Positions 1 through 7,584 of a stretch of DNA of 64,000 nt are shown here, piece by piece. The notes below the pieces were generated by a model. It did not search any database and was not told the DNA's origin. It saw only the letters and a list, made by a program, of their open reading frames with translations. A program made the position numbers and the translations under genes. Source of the stretch: a bacterium (GTDB lineage: Bacteria > Patescibacteriota > Minisyncoccia > Phycocordibacterales > UBA2100); contig JAUSGQ010000044.1 in the NCBI GenBank assembly GCA_030674455.1, positions 13,080 to 77,079 on the forward strand, read 5' to 3'. Positions within the stretch are counted from its first letter, which is position 1; each line of letters starts with the position of its first letter.

Positions 1-48
1 GCGTCAATATATTATTCGACATAATGTTGTATTTAGAATTTATTAAAA

Positions 49-77
49 CCTATAACCTGACACCTATAACCTAAAAC
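49..77 (-). promoter_or_regulatory. AGGTTATAGG-type tandem leader motif before a probable rpsR start at the window edge
   Basis: Plus strand: aacctataacctgacacctataacctaaaac. Confidence 0.4.
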
Positions 78-529
78 GGTATATCCTCCGGATTAATATC
101 GTCTTTCGGATACTCGATACCGTTTCCTCCGCTCGCCGCTTGCTCCTCGCCTCGGCTTGCTTGCCCTCCGCCTGTCGAAGGGGTGCCGGAACTGCCGCTT
201 CCTTTTGGTCCGAATTGTACCCGTTCGGCAATAATCTCCGTTCTATATTTCTTCTCGCCGCTTGTCTTATCGTCCCAATTGCGCGTCTGCAAACGGCCTT
301 CAATAAATGCGGAGCTTCCCTTCTTCAAATACTGCGCCACCGTATCCGCTTGTTTGCCAAATATAACAATGTTGTGGAACTCGGTCTGTTCCTGTTTCTT
401 GCCGTCGCGGTCGCGATATACGCGGTTCGTGGCAAGTCCAAAGTTTACGACATTCATGCCGGACGGGAGCGCTTTTAATTCCGGATCGCGCGTCAAGTTT
501 CCAAATAGTAATACCTTGTTGATGTACAT
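71..529 (-). CDS. ssb: single-stranded DNA-binding protein
   Basis: 152 aa. OB-fold N-terminus (LTRDPELK..), Gly/Ser-rich linker and acidic C-terminal tail ending DIPF. Lies between rpsF and a probable rpsR start at the window edge, matching the conserved rpsF-ssb-rpsR order. Confidence 0.9.
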   Translation of the reverse strand: MYINKVLLFGNLTRDPELKALPSGMNVVNFGLATNRVYRDRDGKKQEQTEFHNIVIFGKQADTVAQYLKKGSSAFIEGRLQTRNWDDKTSGEKKYRTEIIAERVQFGPKGSGSSGTPSTGGGQASRGEEQAASGGNGIEYPKDDINPEDIPF

Positions 530-533
530 ACGA

Positions 534-566
534 GTAGGTTTTAGGTTTTAGGCACTAGGCAATATT
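534..566 (-). promoter_or_regulatory. AGGTTTTAGG/CACTAGGCAAT leader motif abutting the ssb start
   Basis: gtaggttttaggttttaggcactaggcaatatt. Confidence 0.4.
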
Positions 567-592
567 AGAACTCAAAATATAAAAAGCAACAT

Positions 593-1141
593 CTATTCAG
601 ACGTGATGTCTTTCAGGGCTTTCTCCAAATCTTCCTCCGATACCGGCACGGCGCTTTCTTCAGTCGCAGCTCGGCGTGGAGTCGACTTTATCGTATCTAC
701 GCGTTTCACTTCCCGCAATGTCGGGGCCTTTATTTTCGCGCGCGTATCCTCGCGGACGGTCCTCCAAATGACAAAACGGAGAATGCTGGGGTTTGCTTTC
801 AAAGAGTCATTCAAAATGGCCACAATTGAAGCCGGTGCTTCAAACTTTATCCATCCGAAATAACCGCGATCATATTCAGTATATTTCTCTCCCACGCGCA
901 CAGACATGGGGTACGCAAGCTTTAAGAGACTCGGTGCTCCTTCAGCAATAAATGCGGCCTTTCCTGTGGACGACTCGATAACCTTGCGGACCTCACCAAC
1001 CGTTTTCTCTATGTCTTCCTCTTTTACCGTAGGAATGATGTGATAGCCGATTTCGTATATGCGCGGCTCGGCGGGAACTTCCTCAATAGGTAGCGTGGCG
1101 GCCAAATCCGCGTCTAATAGTGTTGTTTCTTCTGTAACCAT
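593..1141 (-). CDS. rpsF: 30S ribosomal protein S6 (long C-terminal tail); start trimmed to internal ATG (MVTEETT..)
   Basis: S6-like core (YEIGYHIIP.., GWIKFEAP..). Immediately upstream of ssb. The 278-aa ORF in the track has an implausible 96-aa N-terminal extension. Confidence 0.75.
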   Translation of the reverse strand: MVTEETTLLDADLAATLPIEEVPAEPRIYEIGYHIIPTVKEEDIEKTVGEVRKVIESSTGKAAFIAEGAPSLLKLAYPMSVRVGEKYTEYDRGYFGWIKFEAPASIVAILNDSLKANPSILRFVIWRTVREDTRAKIKAPTLREVKRVDTIKSTPRRAATEESAVPVSEEDLEKALKDITSE

Positions 1142-1155
1142 GTAGCCGGCACTGT

Positions 1156-1187
1156 AACATAGGCAATGGGCACTAGGCAATAGGCTG
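1156..1187 (-). promoter_or_regulatory. related leader motif upstream of rpsF (shares TTGCCTAGTGCC with the ssb leader)
   Basis: acataggcaatgggcactaggcaataggctg. Confidence 0.4.
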
Positions 1188-1248
1188 TACGAGATGAGTA
1201 CATCGGCGAATTCTGACGATATTGGTCGTGAGGTGTTAATAACTAGCC

Positions 1249-1280
1249 ATAAACACTCACGGTCGTGATAGTTTATGGCT
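1249..1280 (+). repeat. 30-bp palindromic direct repeat, left copy (ccataaacaCTCACGGTCGTgatagtttatgg); overlaps start codon of the PaaX-like gene
   Basis: Near-identical copy at 1912..1945. The CTCACGGYCGTG core recurs on both sides of the paralog at 43.1 kb. Confidence 0.6.
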
Positions 1281-1859
1281 ATGGGGAATATCGAACGAGA
1301 AGCGAGAAGAAAGCGAGTCCGCGGATATGTACAAAAAGCCGTACTCGCAACCATAGCGATATCAGGAGTGCTGCTTGTTACCATGGCTGCGCCGAATACG
1401 TTACAGCTCCTAAAATACGTGCCCGGCATCAGACGCTACCGTTTTAACCAGCAGGCAGAAACTGCCCTTAGTCGCCTTGCACAGAAGAAGTGGATTACAT
1501 TTGAGAGGCACAATGGAAAGCGATTTGCTCGCATTACCGAGGCCGGGAGACATGCGTTCATGGCAGAGAACCGAAAAAACAAATTGATACCTCTCATAAA
1601 AAGACGATGGGATAAAAGATGGCGAGTAGTTATTTTCGATGTCCCAGAAAAACGCAGAGACGTGCGCGACCGGCTACGCTCCATGATGCGCGAGTTTGGT
1701 TTTGAGCATTTGCAAGACAGCGTATGGGTATATCCTTATGACTGCGAAGATATGGTTGCGCTTCTCAAGGCGGAACTTAAAATCGGATTTTCCGTACTAT
1801 ATATGGTTGTTGAACAAATCGAGAATGAGAAATACCTGAAAGAGAGATTCGACTTGTAA
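1275..1859 (+). CDS. PaaX-like small regulator with N-terminal TM helix (paralog of 43159..43728)
   Basis: 194 aa. TM helix, winged-helix-like segment (..RFARITEAGRHAF), then the motif RRWDKRWRVVIFDVPE..R..LR..GF..LQDSVWVYPYD shared with PaaX C-domains. Clear paralogy to the second copy. Confidence 0.6.
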   Translation: MAMGNIEREARRKRVRGYVQKAVLATIAISGVLLVTMAAPNTLQLLKYVPGIRRYRFNQQAETALSRLAQKKWITFERHNGKRFARITEAGRHAFMAENRKNKLIPLIKRRWDKRWRVVIFDVPEKRRDVRDRLRSMMREFGFEHLQDSVWVYPYDCEDMVALLKAELKIGFSVLYMVVEQIENEKYLKERFDL

Positions 1860-1911
1860 CAATAAAACCTGAAACAAGGTATCAGCCCTTTTCCCCCCCC
1901 CATCCCACTAA

Positions 1912-1945
1912 CCACAAACGCTCACGGTCGTAAGTATTTGTGGTG
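1912..1945 (+). repeat. 30-bp palindromic direct repeat, right copy (accacaaacgCTCACGGTCGTaagtatttgtggt)
   Basis: Direct repeat of 1249..1280. Hairpin-capable (accacaaa/tttgtggt). Confidence 0.6.
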
Positions 1946-2114
1946 TCCCTAGCAACTAGGTATACGGAATTGCGGGATGAGTACATGGGTGATTTTTATA
2001 AAAAATTGCCCGACCGAAGCCGGGCAAATACTATCAGCAAGAGGTTGCAAAAAAATGCCCGACCGCACGTGCGCATATCGAGCATTTTGAAAGAGCAAGA
2101 ATAGCTCTTCTTCA

Positions 2115-2267
2115 CTATCTTCTGCAGGTGTCGATGAATACCAACACCATCCCAACCAGGCCGACCACCACCACCAAAACAGTCAGGAGCGCAAGCAACC
2201 GCCCCATAAACGTTGGGGCAGAGAAAATCAATAGGACCATGTCCCAAAACGGAAGAAACAATTCCAT
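2115..2267 (-). CDS. candidate small hydrophobic membrane peptide (~50 aa from MELFLPFW..)
   Basis: Two predicted TM segments in an otherwise empty 570-bp gap. No recognisable family, so weak. Confidence 0.2.
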   Translation of the reverse strand: MELFLPFWDMVLLIFSAPTFMGRLLALLTVLVVVVGLVGMVLVFIDTCRR

Positions 2268-2432
2268 AGCGCCTCCTGAGGATGTAAAAGAGCCGCTGTG
2301 ACGCGGCTCGGGGTTCATGTAATTGTAGAGGTTTCCCTACAAAAAGATTCCACAGCCCACGGCATAACCGCGTCCTATGGAAAGTTTTTGAGAGAGGCTT
2401 TGACCTGATCCTCTACTAATAAAATTAGACGC

Positions 2433-3287
2433 CTATTGTGATGTCTTGTCAATCGCGAAAACGCGCTTTGTATTAAACATTATTTGAGCACTTACCTTTT
2501 CCACATCCTCCCCGCGGATTCTCGCTATGGCTCGCACGACTTCCTGAACATACTGCGGTTCGTTGCGCTTTCCGCGGTATGGGACTGGCGTGACATATGG
2601 CGCGTCCGTTTCTGAAAGGAGCATGTCGAGCGGAGCATTTTTGACGACTTCGTCGTAATCATGGGTAAACGTTAGAACCCCTGTAAACGAGAGCGTGAAG
2701 CCGATATCAAGAAACTTCTTCGCGGTATTCCAGTCCCCAGCAAAAAAATGCACGTCTCCCTTAACTTTTGCATGCGCTTTTAATAATTCGAGTGCATCCT
2801 CGTATGCGTTGCCTACTTCGCCAAGGCTTCGAAGGCCAGGCCTGATATGGAGCATCAAGGGCTTCTTTAATGTATTTGCAAGATCAATTTGCTGGATGAA
2901 TGCGTCCTTCTGAACAGATTTGGTGCTTGCGTCCGAGCGATAGTAGTCCAGTCCGCACTCCCCGACCGCTATCACGCGCGGGTTCTTGCCCAGTGCTTCA
3001 TAGGCAGCCATGTCAAAGACTTCCCCGCGGGATGTAAACTCTTTTCCTCCAACACCCAATTCTTGTACATCGTGATACGACTTTGTCGTGTGGACGGGGT
3101 GGAGACCGATAATGGCATACACGTTGTCGTATCTCTCTGCGAGTGCCACCGCAGCTTTGGATGTGTCTAACTGAGTTCCGACCACATTCATTCCCACGCC
3201 CGCATCCTTCGCGCGCAGAATCACCTCTTCGCGGTCCTCGTTGTAAGCGACAAAATTCGTATGAGTATGACTGTCAAAATATTTCAT
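2433..3287 (-). CDS. tatD: TatD-family metal-dependent DNase/hydrolase
   Basis: MKYFDSHTHT.. N-terminus, GLHP, GECGLDY and SETDAPY motifs. Start taken at the internal ATG (3285-3287). Confidence 0.85.
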   Translation of the reverse strand: MKYFDSHTHTNFVAYNEDREEVILRAKDAGVGMNVVGTQLDTSKAAVALAERYDNVYAIIGLHPVHTTKSYHDVQELGVGGKEFTSRGEVFDMAAYEALGKNPRVIAVGECGLDYYRSDASTKSVQKDAFIQQIDLANTLKKPLMLHIRPGLRSLGEVGNAYEDALELLKAHAKVKGDVHFFAGDWNTAKKFLDIGFTLSFTGVLTFTHDYDEVVKNAPLDMLLSETDAPYVTPVPYRGKRNEPQYVQEVVRAIARIRGEDVEKVSAQIMFNTKRVFAIDKTSQ

Positions 3288-3295
3288 ATTTTGAT

Positions 3296-3345
3296 GAAGC
3301 TCCAAAATCCAAGCTCCAAATCTCAAACAAAAAGAATGCAAAACT
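3296..3345 (+). repeat. ~50-bp repeat copy 1 (gaAGCTCCAAAATCcAAGCTCCAAATCtcaaacaaaaagaat..)
   Basis: Near-identical to 4645..4700 and inverted relative to 3711..3760. Contains a tandem 13-mer AAGCTCCAAAWYC. Confidence 0.7.
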
Positions 3346-3710
3346 CATAACTTAGATAAAATGGAGCTAAAAATCTTTAATAACTCGATTGATTCTCTGA
3401 TTAAACCATCGCGCTCCACGCCAAGCTCTTCTGGTATCTGTTCGAACATTTGCAACCAATATCGCGTTTCTTTAGCTTCCTTTCGACAAATCTTTACGCG
3501 CATACCAAAGTCTTTTTTACTCAGAGACTCGTTGGCCTCGATATAATTCGCACCAACATATCCCGAAGAGCGAACCACTTGCTTTGCGTCTTCATTGTTT
3601 ACGATATCTCTTGGCAACTTTTTGATGAAACGTCTGACATTCAGCGCGAGAAGTCGCGTGCGTTCTTCTAAATCATTTTTGTATTGTTTATGTTCTTGAG
3701 GTTTATTCAT
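3345..3710 (-). CDS. four-helix-bundle protein (23S rRNA IVS-encoded protein / bAvd-like family)
   Basis: 121 aa. Family motifs such as QMFEQIPEELGVERDGLIRESIELLKIF, GYVGANYIEANES and RYWL. Bracketed by inverted copies of a ~45-bp repeat. Confidence 0.8.
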   Translation of the reverse strand: MNKPQEHKQYKNDLEERTRLLALNVRRFIKKLPRDIVNNEDAKQVVRSSGYVGANYIEANESLSKKDFGMRVKICRKEAKETRYWLQMFEQIPEELGVERDGLIRESIELLKIFSSILSKL

Positions 3711-3760
3711 TTTGAGTTTGTTTGGATCTTGGAGCTTGAGTTTTGGAGCTTCTACTTTAT
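3711..3760 (-). repeat. ~50-bp repeat copy 2 (inverted); forms the 5' leader of the four-helix-bundle gene
   Basis: Reverse complement reads gaagctccaaaactcaagctccaagatccaaacaaactcaaa followed by ATG. Confidence 0.7.
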
Positions 3761-4636
3761 TCAGGATGAATAAAGTAGCCCTATTGCAAGGAATGATACG
3801 ACAATCGCGAGTATTTTGCGAAGGTTGATGTGGTCTTTATACCACCATACGGAAAGGACGATTGGTATAAGAATATAGTGCGCATGGATGACATACACGA
3901 GACTGACGAGGCCGGTAGTTAATGCCTTAATAAGTGTATACGTGGCAACAGTACCGAGGGCTGCTGCAATGAATCCTAGGTAAACATCCCTTTTGTCGAA
4001 TGTGATTCCTTGGGAAAGTCGAGTCCCTCTCTGCTTTACGAGAATTGCCGCGGAAGATACCGTACCTGCAATCTGCGATATTCCCACAATGAATAAGGCG
4101 GCCGATTCATATGAAGTCGCTTGTTTAACGAAAATCACCGAAGTTGCCGTGAGAATGGTCGAGAGAACGACGAATATCATTCCCTGACGCAGGTTGTTCT
4201 GACGATGATGTTCGGCCGAAGAGATGAGAAGAAGAGGTACAAGAAAACTCGTCCCGATTCCAATGTATTGTTGAGTCGTAAGCGGGTCACGCAACAGCAG
4301 TACCCCTAATATTACGACTAGGAGCGGTCCTAGAACCTTATTTATCGGGAAATATATAACGCTATCGATATGTTTTAGAGCTTCAATACGAAAGTAATTC
4401 CCGATTCCGTGTAGCGCTCCGCTTGCCAGCGCAAAAATTCCTATAATGAGCCATGCGCTCGGCACATCAGAGTAAAGGAACAAAATAATGAAAACTGTTA
4501 TGGCAGAAAACCCGTACATCAAGAGTCCGTTGAAAGCCGAGTCCCTTTTTTCTTGCGCGACAACTTTCTGGAAGAATAACTGTATGCCGCCAAATATAGT
4601 GGCAGCAATTGTCCAATAAAATGTCGTTTGGTCCAT
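3761..4636 (-). CDS. EamA/DMT-family transporter
   Basis: 291 aa, about 10 TM helices in a two-fold EamA-like arrangement. Confidence 0.65.
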   Translation of the reverse strand: MDQTTFYWTIAATIFGGIQLFFQKVVAQEKRDSAFNGLLMYGFSAITVFIILFLYSDVPSAWLIIGIFALASGALHGIGNYFRIEALKHIDSVIYFPINKVLGPLLVVILGVLLLRDPLTTQQYIGIGTSFLVPLLLISSAEHHRQNNLRQGMIFVVLSTILTATSVIFVKQATSYESAALFIVGISQIAGTVSSAAILVKQRGTRLSQGITFDKRDVYLGFIAAALGTVATYTLIKALTTGLVSLVYVIHAHYILIPIVLSVWWYKDHINLRKILAIVVSFLAIGLLYSS

Positions 4637-4644
4637 ATTTTATT

Positions 4645-4700
4645 AAATCCCAAAATCCAAGCTCCAAATCTCAAACAAAAAGAATTCAAAACTCATAATT
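4645..4700 (+). repeat. ~50-bp repeat copy 3
   Basis: ccaaaatccaagctccaaatctcaaacaaaaagaattcaaaactcataat. Sits between the metG stop and the DMT start. Confidence 0.7.
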
Positions 4701-4717
4701 TCGAAGAAACGGAGTTT

Positions 4718-6223
4718 TTACTCTTTGCGCGGAAAGAGGTTCTCGGGCTTTTTATTCCTTTTTATTGCATCAAGAATCTTCTCACTAGTTGATGGCATGC
4801 AGGGAGCAAGAAGGTAAGCAATTGAAGCTACGTCCCTCACAAATACAGATAAAACAAGACGCCCAAATTGAGGATCTTGTTTAATGATTTTAAACGGTTC
4901 TTTTACGGATATAGCTTTGTCTAACTCTTGAATTCTATTCCATATACTATCCATTGCGCGACTTACCTCGAAGGTTTCGAGGGCTTGTTTATACTTTTTG
5001 ATATATTCCTCATCAACATAAACATTCATATCTGGTAGCTCAGCTGGACTATCGAGGTATTTCTCTGACAGGGCCATGACTCGAGACACAAAGTTGCCTA
5101 ATCCGTTAGCAAGATTGGCGTTGTAGGCTTCCTTAAATTTCTCCATCGTGAAATCGGAATCTTCGAACGGATGAATATGACGCGCGAGATAGTAGCGCAA
5201 AGCATCAGCGCCGTATTCATCCACTATCGCTATCGGGTCGATGACATTTCCGAGCGATTTGGACATTTTCTGGCCGCCGACATTAATGAAACCGTGAATG
5301 AGTATTTGTTTTGACGGGGGCAAACCGGCCGACATGAGCATCGCCTGCCACATCGCCGCCTGTTGCCGTATCTGGTCTTTCCCAGCCATTTGAATGCCGT
5401 TTGGCCGTTCAACTGTTCCCCAAAACTTGGTGAAGTTTGCCTCGTCGTCAGGCCACCCGAGTGTTGAAATGTAATTTATGAGCGCATCAAACCAGACGAA
5501 CATCACATGCCCTGGATCATCCGGAACTGGAACGCCCCATGGCATTTTCTTTTTGAGGCGGGAAATGCTGAAGTCTTCCAGTCCCGTTTCTACAAATTTC
5601 TTTATCTCGTTGAAACGAAAATCCGGCACTACCAAATCCGGCTGCTTCTTGTAAAGCTCAAGCAGCTCCTTTTGATACTTTGACCAGCGGAAAAAATAGT
5701 TCTCCTCGTTGATGAGTTCGATTTCAAGGTTCGGATGTATCGGGCATCGGCCGTCCACGAGTTCCGAATCCGTTTTTTCCAATTCGCACCCGACGCAATA
5801 TTTCAGCTGATAATTTTTCTTGTAGATGTCGCCTTTTTTGAGACATCGGCGCCAAAATTCCTGCGCCGCCGCTTTGTGGTCTGCATCGGTAGTGCGAATA
5901 AAGTGCAGGTCTGGATAGAGATTCAGCTTCTCTTTGAGATTCCGGAATTTGTCGGCGTACTCGTCCACATACTTTTGCGTGTTTTTCCCCTCTTCAAGCG
6001 CTTTGCGATGAATTTTGATTCCGTGTTCGTCCGTCCCAGTATTAAAGAAGACTTCGTCCCCGCAGAGCTTGTGATACCGCGCAGCGATATCCGCGTGAAC
6101 TATCTCAAGCGCGAAACCGATATGCGGTTCCGCGTTCACATATGGAAGGGTGGTCGTGAGATAAAAGTTTTTGCTTGCCCCGTTAGAGGCAGGTCGCGAC
6201 TGTGTAGATTTCTGTGAAGCCAT
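4718..6223 (-). CDS. metG: methionine--tRNA ligase
   Basis: HIGH-type motif (PHIGF), KMSKS, and zinc-knuckle cysteines. ATG at 6221-6223 (MASQKST..) preferred; the longer ORF to 6298 uses TTG. The N-terminus is encoded inside a duplicated inverted-repeat module. Confidence 0.9.
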   Translation of the reverse strand: MASQKSTQSRPASNGASKNFYLTTTLPYVNAEPHIGFALEIVHADIAARYHKLCGDEVFFNTGTDEHGIKIHRKALEEGKNTQKYVDEYADKFRNLKEKLNLYPDLHFIRTTDADHKAAAQEFWRRCLKKGDIYKKNYQLKYCVGCELEKTDSELVDGRCPIHPNLEIELINEENYFFRWSKYQKELLELYKKQPDLVVPDFRFNEIKKFVETGLEDFSISRLKKKMPWGVPVPDDPGHVMFVWFDALINYISTLGWPDDEANFTKFWGTVERPNGIQMAGKDQIRQQAAMWQAMLMSAGLPPSKQILIHGFINVGGQKMSKSLGNVIDPIAIVDEYGADALRYYLARHIHPFEDSDFTMEKFKEAYNANLANGLGNFVSRVMALSEKYLDSPAELPDMNVYVDEEYIKKYKQALETFEVSRAMDSIWNRIQELDKAISVKEPFKIIKQDPQFGRLVLSVFVRDVASIAYLLAPCMPSTSEKILDAIKRNKKPENLFPRKE

Positions 6224-6294
6224 GGGATTAGTCAGGTGAGAATGAGCAACTTGAGATTGGAAATTGTTTTGCGCGACCGCGGCCTCTAATGGGG
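6177..6294 (-). promoter_or_regulatory. start-codon-spanning inverted-repeat module, copy A (CCCCGTTAGAGGC...GCCTCTAATGGGG) at metG
   Basis: 13-nt arms ~85 nt apart. Downstream arm encodes SRPASNG of MetRS. Second copy at 50178..50293. Confidence 0.6.
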
Positions 6295-6300
6295 ACAATG

Positions 6301-7359
6301 TTAATCCTCATTACTGGCGAACTTACGCTTGCTCTCGACATCCTTGATAAATTCTTGGAGAGCACCGGCCATTGGTACAGAAAGAAGTATGCCTAAAAAG
6401 CCCGCCAATTTCGCCCCCACGATGAGCGCCAAAATAACGAGAAGCGGAGGAACACCGACCACGCGAGTTACGACCAACGGATAAATCAGATGATTCTCAA
6501 ACTGCTGGGCAATGATGTACAAAGCAACGGTCAGCAATCCGAGTGTTGCGCCCCCGTCGACAAATCCGATGATAATTGCGGGGACGGAAGCAAGCGTTGG
6601 GCCGAATACGGGAATAATCTCAAATACCGCAGCAACGACGGCAAGAAAGAGACTGTGCTTTACTCCCAAAATCGTAAGGCCGAGATAAATCAGGACTCCC
6701 ATAATAACCGCGAGGAGGAGCTGCCCTTGCATCCATAGTCCGATTTTGTGCTGGGAACGGTTCCAGAGATTTAGAACGTATGTCTCATATTTTCTTGGGG
6801 TGACAATGCGCAGGAAATCCGTTACCCCTGTCTCAATCACGGCAAAATAAAATGAGAGGACGATGATTAGAATGAATGAAAGAACTCCTCCGAATATTTT
6901 GCTGACCGCGCTGAATGCATTGCCGAACGTGTCGCCTAGATTCAACACGTTGCGCACGGTATCCATGATTTCGTTCGTGGCTGCGCTTGGCGTAGCGACG
7001 CCCAAAATCCGCGCATAGTCATCAAATGCTCCCACGCGGCTGAACGCCTCAAGATAACTCGGGAGCGAAGCGACGAACGTCGCCAAATCCTCCAATACTG
7101 ACGGCAAAAAGAAATAGAAAATCCCAAAAAATACGCAGAATAAAAGAATGTAAATGATTATGACGGAGAGAAGCCGAGGCACTTTCCGCTTTACCAATCC
7201 CCTGATACCCGGCTCCATCGCTGATGCGAACACTACGGCAGTCACAACGACAAGCACGAGGTCGCGCAGGTAAAACAAAAGCCAAGCTCCGACGAGCAAA
7301 ACAACGATTTTTATGACCGTACCAAGCGTTATGGAGATGTTAAGCGGTCGGGATTCCAT
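6301..7359 (-). CDS. AI-2E family transporter (PerM/UPF0118)
   Basis: 352 aa polytopic membrane protein with typical AI-2E topology and conserved C-terminal region. Confidence 0.8.
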   Translation of the reverse strand: MESRPLNISITLGTVIKIVVLLVGAWLLFYLRDLVLVVVTAVVFASAMEPGIRGLVKRKVPRLLSVIIIYILLFCVFFGIFYFFLPSVLEDLATFVASLPSYLEAFSRVGAFDDYARILGVATPSAATNEIMDTVRNVLNLGDTFGNAFSAVSKIFGGVLSFILIIVLSFYFAVIETGVTDFLRIVTPRKYETYVLNLWNRSQHKIGLWMQGQLLLAVIMGVLIYLGLTILGVKHSLFLAVVAAVFEIIPVFGPTLASVPAIIIGFVDGGATLGLLTVALYIIAQQFENHLIYPLVVTRVVGVPPLLVILALIVGAKLAGFLGILLSVPMAGALQEFIKDVESKRKFASNED

Positions 7360-7414
7360 TAAGGCAATCCTAGCACAATCACAAAATTAGGGCTAAAGCC
7401 CTGCAATGAATGCT

Positions 7415-7452
7415 GTCATCATGTAATGTCCGGCCGGACATTACATGATGAC
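7415..7452. repeat. 38-bp perfect palindrome GTCATCATGTAATGTCCGGCCGGACATTACATGATGAC
   Basis: Read directly from the sequence. Lies in the perM-glyS spacer with no U-tract after it. Confidence 0.7.
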
Positions 7453-7498
7453 ATGAAGATCCAATGTAATTCTTTCGACGTTATTCACTGCCTTGTTT

Positions 7499-7538
7499 CC
7501 TGTACCATTCACTGACAGGTGTCAATGAATGGTACAGG
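7499..7538. repeat. 40-bp near-perfect nested palindrome CCTGTACCATTCACTGACAGGTGTCAATGAATGGTACAGG
   Basis: 13-bp outer arms plus an internal TGACAGGTGTCA palindrome. Confidence 0.7.
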
Positions 7539-7584
7539 AATAGACAAAACTTCCGTTCTCCCATTCCATATCTCCCTAGCCTGC

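Noticed and set aside
1-26. Start of rpsR (S18) reading off the left edge (reverse complement ATG TCG AAT AAT ATA TTG ACG..)
   Set aside because: Only ~7 codons are visible and they are not diagnostic. Position after ssb makes it plausible, but it cannot be supported from this window.
3361-3546. 61-aa plus-strand ORF antisense to the four-helix-bundle gene, preceded by repeat copy 1
   Set aside because: It lies fully within a well-supported gene on the other strand and has no family resemblance. It is noted only because the ~50-bp repeat sits upstream of it in sense orientation.
6224-6298. Longer metG N-terminus (MSPLEAAVAQ..) and similar long N-terminal extensions on tmk, rpsF, tatD, the sigma factor, tdh, SDR and AKR ORFs
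   Set aside because: The extended starts use TTG (metG, methyltransferase at 55130) or give atypical lengths. Internal ATGs matching family N-termini were preferred. The extensions often just run through upstream repeats.
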